This document shows, in pieces, positions 1 through 15,000 of a stretch of 40,272 bases of DNA. The stretch's first letter is position 1, and every line of letters starts with the position of its first letter. A model generated the notes under the pieces. The model worked only from the letters and a program-made list of their open reading frames with translations, was not told the origin of the DNA and did not search any database. This DNA comes from Utricularia gibba (taxonomy: Eukaryota > Plantae > Magnoliophyta): assembly GCA_002189035.1 (NCBI GenBank), contig NEEC01000406.1, forward strand, positions 1 through 40,272, given 5' to 3'. A program made the position numbers and the translations under genes.

Positions 1-3000
1 GAACATGAAGCACATTATTAAATGCAGTCACCACGGAATGCACGTGAGACACTTTTCGTTGTGGCTTGTTTTAATATGTCCACAGTTATCGGACAAACGT
101 AACTCCAAATTATAATACTTGGAGCTCGAAAAGGGCTTCCCAACAGTGTGCTATGAAGAGCAAGGATCTGCATGTTATGCAAGAGGTGCTTCGCGGACCA
201 GGATGTGCGACGTAGTCATTTCATTGCGCATCATCATTCGGGGTGCAGCCTAAAAATCACACGTGCACGGATTCATTAAAAATAAATATTTACGCATATC
301 CAGAGTATATAACAGTGTTGGGATAAGTGATGCCACGAAATTCATGATGTAGCATGTGACTTTTTTCCAACTTGATCGCATAGTAGATGAATTCTGACAC
401 CATATGTTTTGGCTGTTGATTGATGCATTTAGTTGCTATGATACTTCTGATTCTTGATGCACCATTCCCGTATACCATGTCTCTAGTGGCTATTTGATTC
501 TTTTGCCTTGTATGTTGTTCGCATCAATTTCGAGAACATGAAGCACATTATTAAATGCATCACCACGGAATGCCACGTGAGACACTTTTCGTTGTGGCTT
601 GTTTTTAATATGTCCACAGTTATCGGACAAACGTAACTCCAAATTATAATACTTGGAGCTCGAAAAGGGCTTCCCAACAGTGTGCTATGAAGAGCAAGGA
701 TCTGCATGTTATGCGAGAGGTGCTTCGCGGACCAGGATGTGCGACGTAGTCATTTCATTGCGCATCATCATTCGGGGTGCAGCTAAAAATCACACGTGCA
801 CCGGATTCATTAAAAATAAATATTTACGCATATCCAGAGTATATAACAGTGTTGGGATAAGTGATGCCACGAAATTCATGATGTAGCATGTGACTTTTTT
901 CCAACTTGATCGCATAGTAGATGAAGTCTGACACCATATGTTTTGGCTTGATTGATGCATTTAGTTGCTATGATACTTCTGATTCTTGATGCACCATTCC
1001 CGTATACCATGTCTCTAGTGGCTATTTGATTCTTTTGCCTTGTATGTTGTTCGCATCAATTTCGAGAACATGAAGCACATTATTAAATGCAGTCACCACG
1101 GAATGCCACGTGAGACACTTTTCGTTGTGGCTGTTTTTAATATGTCCACAGTTATCGGACAAACGTAACTCCAAATTATAATACTTGGAGCTCGAAAAGG
1201 GCTTCCCAACAGTGTGCTATGAAGAGCAAGGATCTGCATGTTATGCAAGAGGTGCTTCGCGGACCAGGATGTGCGACGTAGTCATTTCATTGCGCATCAT
1301 CATTCGGGGTGCATCCTAAAAATCACACGTGCACCGGATTCATTAAAAATAAATATTTACGCATATCCAGAGTGTATAACAGTGTTGGGATAAGTGATGC
1401 CACGAAATTCATGATGTAGCATGTGACTTTTTTCCAACTTGATCGCATAGTAGATGAATTCTGACACCATATGTTTTGGCTTTGATTGATGCATTTAGTT
1501 GCTATGATACTTCTGATTCTTGATGCACCATTCCCGTATACCATGTCTCTAGTGGCTATTTGATTCTTTTGCCTTGTATGTTGTTCGCATCAATTTCGAG
1601 AACATGAAGCACATTATTAAATGCAGTCACCCGGAATGCCACGTGAGACACTTTTCGTTGTGGCTTGTTTTTAATATGTCCACAGTTATCGGACAAACGT
1701 AACTCCAAATTATAATACTTGGAGCTCGAAAAGGGCTTCCCAACAGTGTGCTATGAAGAGCAAGGATCTGCATGTTATGCAAGAGGTGCTTCGCGGACCA
1801 GGATGTGCGACGTAGTCATTTCATTGCGCATCATCATTCGGGGTGCATCCTAAAAATCACACGTGCACCGGATTCAAAAATAAATATTTACGCATATCCA
1901 GAGTGTATAACAGTGTTGGGATAAGTGATGCCACGAAATTCATGATGTAGCATGTGACTTTTTTCCAACTTGATCGCATAGTAGATGAATTCTGACACCA
2001 TATGTTTTGGCTTTTGATTGATGCATTTAGTTGCTATGATACTTCTGATTCTTGATGCACCATTCCCGTATACCATGTCTCTAGTGGCTATTTGATTCTT
2101 TTGCCTTGTATGTTGTTCGCATCAATTTCGAGAACATGAAGCACATTATTAAATGCAGTCACACGGAATGCCACGTGAGACACTTTCGTTGTGGCCTTTT
2201 TAATATGTCCACAGTTATCGGACAAACGTAACTCCAAATTATAATACTTGGAGCTCGAAAAGGGCTTCCCAACAGTGTGCTATGAAGAGCAAGGATCTGC
2301 ATGTTATGCAAGAGGTGCTTCGCGGAGGATGTGCGACGTAGTCATTTCATTGCGCATCATCATTCGGGGTGCATCCTAAAAATCACACGTGCACGGGATT
2401 CATTAAAAATAAATATTTACGCATATCCAGAGTGTATAACAGTGTTGGGAAAGTGATGCCACGAAATTCATGATGTAGCATGTGACTTTTTTCCAACTTG
2501 ATCGCATAGTAGATGAATTCTGACACCATATGTTTTGGCTTTGATTGATGCATTTAGTTGCTATGATACTTCTGATTCTTGATGCACCATTCCCGTATAC
2601 CATGTCTCTAGTGGCTATTTGATTCTTTTTTTGTATGTTGTTCGCATCAATTTCGAGAACATGAAGCACATTATTAAATGCAATCACCACGGAATGCCAC
2701 GTGAGACACTTTTCGTTGTGGCTTGTTTTTAATATGTCCACAGTTATCGGACAAACGTAACTCCAAATTATAATACTTGGAGCTCGAAAAGGGCTTCCCA
2801 ACAGTGTGCTATGAAGAGCAAGGATCTGCATGTTATGCAAGAGGTGCTTCGCGGACCAGGATGTGCGACGTAGTCATTTCATTGCGCATCATCATTCGGG
2901 GTGCATCCTAAAAATCACACGTGCACGGATTCATTAAAAATAAATATTTACGCATATCCAGTGTATAACAGTGTTGGGATAAGTGATGCCACGAAATTCA

Positions 3001-6000
3001 TGATGTAGCATGTGACTTTTTTCCAACTTGATCGCATAGTAGATGAATTCTGACACCATATGTTTTGGCTTTTGATTGATGCATTTAGTTGCTATGATAC
3101 TTCTGATTCTTGATGCACCATTCCCGTATACCATGTCTCTAGTGGCTATTTGATTCTTTTGCCTTGTATGTTGTTCGCATCAATTTCGAGAACATGAAGC
3201 ACATTATTAATGCATCACCACGGAATGCCACGTGAGACACTTTTCGTTGTGGTTTTTTAATATGTCCACAGTTATCGGACAAACGTAACTCCAAATTATA
3301 ATACTTGGAGCTCGAAAGGGCTTCCCAACAGTGTGCTATGAAGAGCAAGGATCTGCATGTTATGCAAGAGGTGCTTCGCGGACCAGGATGTGCGACGTAG
3401 TCATTTCATTGCGCATCATCATTCGGGGTGCATCCTAAAAATCACACGTGCACGGGATTCATTAAAAATAAATATTTACGCATATCCAGAGTATATAACA
3501 GTGTTGGGATAAGTGATGCCACGAAATTCATGATGTAGCATGTGACTTTTTTCCAACTTGATCGCATAGTAGATGAATTCTGACACCATTGTTTTGGCTT
3601 TTGATTGATGCATTTAGTTGCTATGATACTTCTGATTCTTGATGCACCATTCCCGTATACCATGTCTCTAGTGGCTATTTGATTCTTTTGCCTTGTATGT
3701 TGTTCGCATCAATTTCGAGAACATGAAGCACATTATTAAATGCAGTCACCACGGAATGCCACGTGAGACACTTTTCGTTGTGGCTTGTTTTTAATATGTC
3801 CACAGTTATCGGACAAACGTAACTCCAAATTATAATACTTGGAGCTCGAAAGGGCTTCCCAACAGTGTGCTATGAAGAGCAAGGATCTGCATGTTATGCA
3901 AGAGGTGCTTCGCGGACCAGGATGTGCGACGTAGTCATTTCATTGCGCATCATCATTCGGGGTGCATCCTAAAAATCACACGTGCACGGATTCATTAAAA
4001 ATAAATATTTACGCATATCCAGAGTGTATAACAGTGTTGGGATAAGTGATGATGTGACTTTTTTCCAACTTGATCGCATAGTAGATGAATTCTGACACCA
4101 TATGTTTTGGCTGTTGATTGATGCATTTAGTTGCTATGATACTTCTGATTCTTGATGCACCATTCCCGTATACCATGTCTCTAGTGGCTATTTGTTGTAT
4201 GTTGTTCGCATCAATTTCGAGAACATGAAGCACATTATTAAATGCAGTCACCACGGAATGCCACGTGAGACACTTTTCGTTGTGGCTTTTTTAATATGTC
4301 CACAGTTATCGGACAAACGTAACTCCAAATTATAATACTTGGAGCTCGAAAGGGCTTCCCAACAGTGTGCTATGAAGAGCAAGGATCTGCATGTTATGCA
4401 AGAGGTGCTTCGCGGACCAGGATGTGCGACGTAGTCATTTCATTGCGCATCATCATTCGGGTGCATCCTAAAAATCACACGTGCACCGGATTCATTAAAA
4501 ATAAATATTTACGCATATCCAGATTATAACAGTGTTGGGATAAGTGATGCCACGAAATTCATGATGTAGCATGTGACTTTTTTCCAACTTGATCGCATAG
4601 TAGATGAATGACACCATATGTTTTGGCTTTTGATTGATGCATTAGTTGCTATGATACTTCTGATTCTTGATGCACCATTCCGTATACCATGTCTCTAGGG
4701 CTATTTGATTCTTTTTCTTGTATGTTGTTCGCATCAATTTCGAGAACATGAAGCACATTATTAAATGCAGTCAAATGCCACGTGAGACACTTTTCGTTGT
4801 GGCTTGTTTTTAATATGTCCACAGTTATCGGACAAACGTAACTCCAAATTATAATACTTGGAGCTCGAAAGGGAGTGTGCTATGAAGAGCAAGGATCTGC
4901 ATGTTATGCAAGAGGTGCTTCGCGGAAGGATGTGCGACGTAGTCATTTCATTGCGCATCATCATTCGGGGTGCATCCTAAAAATCACACGTGCACCGGAT
5001 TCATTAAAAATAAATATTACGCATATCCAGATTATATAACAGTGTTGGGATAAGTGATGCCACGAAATTCATGATGTAGCATGTGACTTTTTTCCAACTT
5101 GATCGCATAGTAGATGAATTCTGACACCATATGTTTTGGCTTTTGATTGATGCATTTAGTTGCTATGATACTTCTGATTCTTGATGCACCATTCCCGCAT
5201 GTCTCTAGGCTATTTGATTCTTTTGCCTTGTATGTTGTTCGCATCAATTTCGAGAACATGAAGCACATTATTAAATGCAGTCACCACGGAATGCCACGTG
5301 AGACACTTTCGTTGTGGTTTTTAATATGTCCACAGTTATCGGACAAACGTAACTCCAAATTATAATACTTGGAGCTCGAAAAGGGCTTCCCAACAGTGTG
5401 CTATGAAGAGCAAGGATCTGCATGTTATGCAAGAGGTGCTTCGCGGACCAGGATGTGCGACGTAGTCATTTCATTGCGCATCATCATTCGGGGTGCATCC
5501 TAAAAATCACACGTGCACCGGATTCATTAAAAATAAATATTTACGCATATCCAGATAACAGTGTTGGGATAAGTGATGCCGAAATTCATGATTAGCATGT
5601 GACTTTTTTCCAACTTGATCGCATAGTAGATGAATTCTGACACCATATGTTTTGGCTGTTGATTGATGCATTTAGTTGCTATGATACTTCTGATTCTTGA
5701 TGCACCATTCCCGTATACCATGTCTCTAGTGGCTATTTGATTCTTTTCTTGTATGTTGTTCGCATCAATTTCGAGAACATGAAGCACATTATTAAATGCA
5801 ATCACCACGGAATGCCACGTGAGACACTTTCGTTGTGGCTTTTTTTAATATGTCCACAGTTATCGGACAAACGTAACTCCAAATTATAATACTTGGAGCT
5901 CAAAGGGCTTCCCAACAGTGCTATGAAGAGCAAGGATCTGCATGTTATGCAAGAGGTGCTTCGCGGACCAGGATGTGCGACGTAGTCATTTCATTGCGCA

Positions 6001-9000
6001 TCATCATTCGGGGTGCATAAAAATCACACGTGCACCGGATTCATTAAAAATAAATATTTACGCATATCCAGATTATATAACAGTGTTGGGATAAGTGATG
6101 CCACGAAATTCATGATGTAGCATGTGACTTTTTCCAACTTGATCGCATAGTAGATGAATTCTGACACCATATGTTTTGGCTTTGATTGATGCATTTAGTT
6201 GCTATGATACTTCTGATTCTTGATGCACCATTCCCGTATACCATGTCTCTAGTGGCTATTTGATTCTTTTGCCTTGTATGTTGTTCCATCAATTTCGAGA
6301 ACATGAAGCACATTATTAAATGCAGTCACCACGGAATGCCACGTGAGACACTTTTCGTTGTGGCTTGTTTTTAATATGTCCACAGTTATCGGACAAACGT
6401 AACTCCAAATTATAATACTTGGAGCTCGAAAAGGGCTTCCCAACAGTGTGCTATGAAGAGCAAGGATCTGCATGTTATGCAAGAGGTGCTTCGCGGACCA
6501 GGATGTGCGACGTAGTCATTTCATTGCGCATCATCATTCGGGTGCATCCTAAAAATCACACGTGCACGGATTCATTAAAAATAAATATTTACGCATATCC
6601 AGAGTATATAACAGTGTTGGGATAAGTGATGCCACGAAATTCATGATGTAGCATGTGACTTTTTTCCAACTTGATCGCATAGTAGATGAATTCTGACACC
6701 ATATGTTTTTGCTTGATTGATTTAGTTGCTATGATACTTCTGATTCTTGATGCACCATTCCGTATACCATGTCTCTAGTGGCTATTTGATTCTTTTGCCG
6801 TTCGCATCAATTTCGAGAACATGAAGCACATTATTAAATGCAGTCACCCGGAATGCCACGTGAGACACTTTTCGTTGTGGCTTGTTTTTAATATGTCCAC
6901 AGTTATCGGACAAACGTAACTCCAAATTATAATACTTGGAGCTCGAAGGGCTTCCCAACAGTGTGCTATGAAGAGCAAGGATCTGCATGTTATGCAAGAG
7001 GTGCTTCGCGGACCAGGATGTGCGACGTAGTCATTTCATTGCGCATCATCATTCGGGGTGCATCCTAAAAATCACACGTGCACGGATTCATTAAAAATAA
7101 ATATTTACGCATATCCAGAGTATATAACAGTGTTGGGATAAGTGATGCCACGAAATTCATGATGGCATGTGACTTTTTTCCAACTTGATCGCATAGTAGA
7201 TGAAGTCTGACACCATATGTTTTGGCTGTTGATTGATGCATTTAGTTGCTATGATACTTCTGATTCTTGATGCACCATTCCCGTATACCATGTCTCTAGT
7301 GGCTATTTGATTCTTTTGCTTGTATGTTGCATCAATTTCGAGAACATGAAGCACATTATTAAATGCCACCACGGAATGCCACGTGAACACTTTTCGTTGT
7401 GGCTTGTTTTTAATATGTCCACAGTTATCGGACAAACGTAACTCCAAATTATAATACTTGGAGCTCGAAAGGGCTTCCCAACAGTGTGCTATGAAGAGCA
7501 AGGATCTGCATGTTATGCAAGAGGTGCTTCGCGGACCAGGATGTGCGACGTAGTCATTTCATTGCGCATCATCATTCGGGTGCATCCTAAAAATCACACG
7601 TGCACGGATTCATTAAAAATAAATATTTACGCATATCCAGAGTATATAACAGTGTTGGGATAAGCACGAAATTCATGATGTAGCATGTGACTTTTTTCCA
7701 ACTTGATCGCATAGTAGATGAATTCTGACACCTTTTGATTGATGCATTTAGTTGCTATGATACTTCTGATTCTTGATGCACCATTCCCGCATGTCTCGCT
7801 ATTTGATTCGCATCAATTTCGAGAACATGAAGCACATTATTAAATGCATCACGGAATGCCACGTGAGACACTTTTCGTTGTGGCTTTTTAATATGTCCAC
7901 AGTTATCGGACAAACGTAACTCCAAATTATAATACTTGGAGCTCGAAAGGGCTTCCCAACAGTGTGCTATGAAGAGCAAGGATCTGCATGTTATGCAAGA
8001 GGTGCTTCGCATGTGCGACGTAGTCATTTCATTGCGCATCATCATTCGGGTGCATCCTAAAAATCACACGTGCACCGGATTCATTAAAAATAATATTTAC
8101 GCATATCCAGAATATAACAGTGTTGGGATAAGTGATGCACGAAATTCATGATGTAGCATGTGATTTTTCCAACTTGATCGCATAGTAGATGAATTCTGAC
8201 ACCATATGTTTTGGCTTTGATTGATGCATTTAGTTGCTATGATACTTCTGATTCTTGATGCACCATTCCGTATACCATGTCTCTAGTGGCTATTTGATTC
8301 TTTTGCCTTGTATGTTGTTCGCATCAATTTCGAGAACATGAAGCACATTATTAAATGCAGTCACCACGGAATGCCACGTGAGACACTTTTCGTTGTGGCT
8401 TTTTTAATATGTCCACAGTTATCGGACAAACGTAACTCCAATTATAATACTTGGAGCTCGAAAGGCTTCCCAACAGTGTGCTATGAAGAGCAAGGATCTG
8501 CATGTTATGCAAGGTGCTTCGCGGACCAGGATGTGCGACGTAGTCATTTCATTGCGCATCATCATTCGGGGTGCATCCTAAAAATCACACGTGCACGGAT
8601 TCATTAAAAATAAATATTTACGCATATCCAGAGTATATAACAGTGTTGGGATAAGTGATGCCACGAAATTCATGATGTAGCATGTGACTTTTTTCCAACT
8701 TGATCGCATAGTAGATGAATTCTGACACCATATGTTTTGGCTTTGATTGATGCATTTAGTTGCTATGATACTTCTGATTCTTGATGCACCATTCCCGTAT
8801 ACCATGTCTCTAGTGGCTATTTGATTCTTTTGCCTTGTATGTTGTTCGCATCAATTTCGAGAACATGAAGCACATTATTAAATGCAGTCACCACGGAATG
8901 CCACGTGAGACACTTTTCGTTGTGGCTTGTTTTTAATATGTCCACAGTTATCGGACAAACGTAACTCCAAATTATAATACTTGGAGCTCGAAAGGGCTTC

Positions 9001-12000
9001 CCAACAGTGTGCTATGAAGAGCAAGGATCTGCATGTTATGCAAGAGGTGCTTCGCGGACCAGGATGTGCGACGTAGTCATTTCATTGCGCATCATCATTC
9101 GGGGTGCATCCTAAAAATCACGTGCACGGATTCATTAAAAATAAATATTTACGCATATCCACAGTGTTGGGATAAGTGATGCCACGAAATTCATGATGTA
9201 GCATGTGACTTTTTTCCAACTTGATCGCATAGTAGATGAATTCTGACACCATATGTTTTGGCTTGATTGATGCATTTAGTTGCTATGATACTTCTGATTC
9301 TTGATGCACCATTCCCGTATACCATGTCTCTAGTGCTATTTGATTCTTTTGCCTTGTATGTTGTTCGCATCAATTTCGAGAACATGAAGCACATTATTAA
9401 ATGCAGTCACCACGGAATTGAGACACTTTTCGTTGTGGCTTTTAATATGTCCACAGTTATCGGACAAACGTAACTCCAAATTATAATACTTGGAGCTCGA
9501 AAAGGGCTTCCAACAGTGTGCTATGAAGAGCAAGGATCTGCATGTTATGCTGCTTCGCGGACCAGGATGTGCGACGTAGTCATTTCATTGCGCATCATCA
9601 TTCGGGGTGCATCCTAAAAATCACACGTGCACGGATTCATTAAAAATAAATATTTACGCATATCCAGATAACAGTGTTGGGATAAGTGATGCCACGAAAT
9701 TCATGATGTAGCATGTGACTTTTTTCCAACTTGATCGCATAGTAGATGAATTCTGACACCATATGTTTTGGCTTTTGATTGATGCATTTAGTTGCTATGA
9801 TACTTCTGATTCTTGATGCACCATTCCCGTATACCATGTCTCTAGTGGCTATTTGATTCTTTTGCCTTGTATGTTGTTCGCATCAATTTCGAGAACATGA
9901 AGCACATTATTAAATGCATCACCACGGAATGCCACGTGAGACACTTTTCGTTGTGGCTTTTTAATATGTCCACAGTTATCGGACAAACGTAACTCCAAAT
10001 TATAATACTTGGAGCTCGAAGGGCTTCCAACAGTGTGCTATGAAGAGCAAGGATCTGCATGTTATGCAAGAGGTGCTTCGCGGACCAGGATGTGCGACGT
10101 AGTCATTTCATTGCGCATCATCATTCGGGGTGCATCCTAAAAATCACACGTGCACGGGATTCATTAAAAATAAATATTACGCATATCCAGATTATATAAC
10201 AGTGTTGGGATAAGTGATGCCACGAAATTCATGATGTAGCATGTGATTTTTTCCAACTTGATCGCATAGTAGATGAATTCTGACACCATATGTTTTGGCT
10301 TTTGATTGATGCATTTAGTTGCTATGATACTTCTGATTCTTGATGCCATTCCCGTATACCATGTCTCTAGGCTATTTGATTCTTTTGCCTTGTATTGTTC
10401 GCATCAATTTCGAGAACATGAAGCACATTATTAAATGCATCACCACGGAATGCCACGTGAGACACTTTTCGTTGTGGCTTGTTTTTAATATGTCCACAGT
10501 TATCGGACAAACGTAACTCCAAATTATAATACTTGGAGCTCGAAGGGCTTCCAACATGTGCTATGAAGAGCAAGGATCTGCATGTTATGCAAGAGGTGCT
10601 TCGGACCAGGATGTGCGACGTAGTCATTTCATTGCGCATCATCATTCGGGGTGCATTAAAAATCACACGTGCACCGGATTCATTAAAAATAAAATTTACG
10701 CATATCCAGAGTATATAACAGTGTTGGGATAAGTGATGCCACGAAATTCATGATGTAGCATGTGACTTTTTTCCAACTTGATCGCATAGTAGATGAATTC
10801 TGACACCATATGTTTGGCTTTTGATTGATGCATACTTCTGATTCTTGATGCACCATTCCCGTATACCATGTCTCTAGTGGCTATTTGATTCTTTTGCCTT
10901 GTATGTTGTTCGCATCAATTTCGAGAACATGAAGCACATTATTAAATGCAGTCACCACGGAATGCCACGTGAGACACTTTTCGTTGTGGCTTGTTTTTAA
11001 TATGTCCACAGTTATCGGACAAACGTAACTCCAAATTATAATACTTGGAGCTCGAAAGGGCTTCCAACAGTGTGCTATGAAGAGCAAGGATCTGCATGTT
11101 ATGCAAGAGGTGCTTCGCGGACCAGGATGTGCGACGTAGTCATTTCATTGCGCATCATCATTCGGGGTGCATCCTAAAAATCACACGTGCACGGGATTCA
11201 TTAAAAATAAATTTACGCATATCCAGAATATAACAGTGTTGGGATAAGTGATGCCACGAAATTCATGATGTAGCATGTGACTTTTTTCCAACTTGATCGC
11301 ATAGTAGATGAATTCTGACACCATATGTTTTGGGTTGATTGATGCATTTAGTTGCTATGATACTTCTGATTCTTGATGCACCATTCCCGTATACCATGTC
11401 TCTAGTGGCTATTTGATTCTTTTGCCTTGTATGTTGTTCGCATCAATTTCGAGAACATGAAGCACATTATTAAATGCATCACCACGGAATGCCACGTGAG
11501 ACACTTTTCGTTGTGGCTTTTTAATATGTCCACAGTTATCGGACAAACGTAACTCCAAATTATAATACTTGGAGCTCGAAAGGGCTTCCCAACAGTGTGC
11601 TATGAAGAGCAAGGATCTGCATGTTATGCAAGAGGTGCTTCGCGGACCAGGATGCGACGTAGTCATTTCATTGCGCATCATCATTCGGGGTGCATCCTAA
11701 AAATCACACGTGCACCGGATTCATTAAAAATAAATATTTACGCATATCCAGAGTATAACAGTGTTGGGATAAGTGATGCCACGAAATTCATGATGTAGCA
11801 TGTGACTTTTTTCCAACTTGATCGCATAGTAGATGAATTTGACACCATATGTTTGGCTTTGATTGATGCATTTAGTTGCTATGATACTTCTGATTCTTGA
11901 TGCACCATTCCGCATGTCTCTAGTGGCTATTTGATTCTTTTGCCTTGTATGTTGTTCGCATCAATTTCGAGAACATGAAGCACATTATTAAATGCATCAC

Positions 12001-15000
12001 CACGGAATGCCACGTGAGACACTTTTCGTTGTGGCTTTTTTTAATATGTCCACAGTTATCGGACAAACGTAACTCCAAATTATAATACTTGGAGCTCGAA
12101 AGGGCTTCCCAACAGTGTGCTATGAAGAGCAAGGATCTGCATGTTATGCAAGAGGTGCTTCGCGGACCAGGATGTGCGACGTAGTCATTTCATTGCGCAT
12201 CATCATTCGGGTGCATCCTAAAAATCACACGTGCACGGGATTCATTAAAAATAAATATTTACGCATATCCAGAGTATATAACAGTGTTGGATAAGTGATG
12301 CCACGAAATTCATGATGTAGCATGTGACTTTTTCCAACTTGATCGCATAGTAGATGAAGTCTGACACCATATGTTTTGCTTTTGATTGATGCATTTAGTT
12401 GCTATGATACTTCTGATTCTTGATGCACCATTCCCGTATACCATGTCTCTAGTGGCTATTTGATTCTTTTGCCTTGTATGTTGTTCGCATCAATTTCGAG
12501 AACATGAAGCACATTATTAAATGCAGTCACCACGGAATGCCACGTGAGACACTTTTCGTTGTGGCTGTTTTTAATATGTCCACAGTTATCGGACAAACGT
12601 AACTCCAAATTATAATACTTGGAGCTCGAAAAGGGCTTCCCAACAGTGTGCTATGAAGAGCAAGGATCTGCATGTTATGCAAGAGGTGCTTCGCGGACCA
12701 GGATGTGCGACGTAGTCATTTCATTGCGCATCATCATTCGGGGTGCATCCTAAAAATCACACGTGCACGGGATTCATTAAAAATAAATATTTACGCATAT
12801 CCAGATTATATAACAGTGTTGGGATAAGTGATGCCACGAAATTCATGATGTAGCATGTGACTTTTTTCCAACTTGATCGCATAGTAGATGAATTCTGACA
12901 CCATATGTTTTGGCTTTTGATTGATGCATTTAGTTGCTATGATACTTCTGATTCTTGATGCACCATTCCCGTATACCATGTCTCTAGTGGCTATTTGATT
13001 CTTTTGCCTTGTATGTTGTTCGCATCAATTTCGAACATGAAGCACATTATTAAATGCAGTCACGGAATGCCACGTGAGACACTTTTCGTTGTGGCTTGTT
13101 TTTAATATGTCCACAGTTATCGACAAACGTAACTCCAAATTATAATACTTGGAGCTCGAAAAGGGCTTCCCAACAGTGTGCTATGAAGAGCAAGGATCTG
13201 CATGTTATGCAAGAGGTGCTTCGCGGACCAGGATGTGCGACGTAGTCATTTCATTGCGCATCATCATTCGGGGTGCATCCTAAAAATCACACGTGCACGG
13301 ATTCATTAAAAATAAATATTTACGCATATCCAGATTATATAACAGTGTTGGGATAAGTGATGCCACGAAATTCATGATGTAGCATGTGACTTTTTTCCAA
13401 CTTGATCGCATAGTAGATGAAGTCTGACACCATATGTTTTGGCTTTGATTGATGCATTTAGTTGCTATGATACTTCTGATTCTTGATGCACCATTCCCGT
13501 ATACCATGTCTCTAGTGGCTATTTGATTCTTTTGCCTTGTATGTTGTTCGCATCAATTTCGAGAACATGAAGCACATTATTAAATGCAATCACCACGGAA
13601 TGCCACGTGAGACACTTTTCGCTTTTTTAATATGTCCACAGTTATCGGACAAACGTAACTCCAAATTATAATACTTGGAGCTCGAAAAGGGCTTCCCAAC
13701 AGTGTGCTATGAAGAGCAAGGATCTGCATGTTATGCAAGAGGTGCTTCGCGGACCAGGATGTGCGACGTAGTCATTTCATTGCGCATCATCATTCGGGGT
13801 CTAAAAATCACACGTGCACCGGATTCATTAAAAAAAATATTTACGCATATCCAACAGTGTTGGGATAAGTGATTGACTTTTTTCCAACTTGATCGCATAG
13901 TAGATGAATTCTGACACCATATGTTTTGGCTGTTGATTGATGCATTTAGTTGCTATGATACTTCTGATTCTTGATGCACCATTCCCGTATACCATGTCTC
14001 TAGTGGCTATTTGATTCTTTTGCCTTGTATGTTGTTCGCATCAATTTCGAGAACATGAAGCACATTATTAAATGCATCACCACGGAATGCCACGTGAGAC
14101 ACTTTTCGTTGTGGCTTGTTTTTAATATGTCCACAGTTATCGGACAAACGTAACTCCAAATTATAATACTTGGAGCTCAAAGGGCTTCCCAACAGTGTGC
14201 TATGAAGAGCAAGGATCTGCATGTTATGCAAGAGGTGCTTCGCGGACCAGGATGTGCGACGTAGTCATTTCATTGCGCATCATCATTCGGGGTGCATCCT
14301 AAAAATCACACGTGCACGGATTCATTAAAAATAAATATTTACGCATATCCAGAGTGTTGGGATAAGTGATGCCACGAAATTCATGATGTAGCATGTGACT
14401 TTTTTCCAACTTGATCGCATAGTAGATGAATTCTGACACCATATGTTTTGGCTTTGATTGACATTTAGTTGCTATGATACTTCTGATTCTTGATGCACCA
14501 TTCCCGTATACCATGTCTCTAGTGGCTATTTGATTCTTTTGCCTTGTATGTTGTTCGCATCAATTTCGAGAACATGAAGCACATTATTAAATGCAATCAC
14601 CACGGAATGCCACGTGAGACACTTTTCGTTGTGGCTTGTTTTTAATATGTCCACAGTTATCGGACAAACGTAACTCCAAATTATAATACTTGGAGCTCGA
14701 AAAGGGCTTCCCAACAGTGTGCTATGAAGAGCAAGGATCTGCATGTTATGCAAGAGGTGCTTCGCGGACCAGGATGTGCGACGTAGTCATTTCATTGCGC
14801 ATCATCATTCGGGGTGCATAAAAATCACACGTGCACGGGATTCATTAAAAATAAATATTTACGCATATCCAGAGTAACAGTGTTGGATAAGTGATTGACT
14901 TTTTTCCAACTTGATCGCATAGTAGATTCTGACACCATATGATTGTAGTTGCTATGATACTTCTGATTCTTGATGCACCATTCCGTATACCATGTCTCTA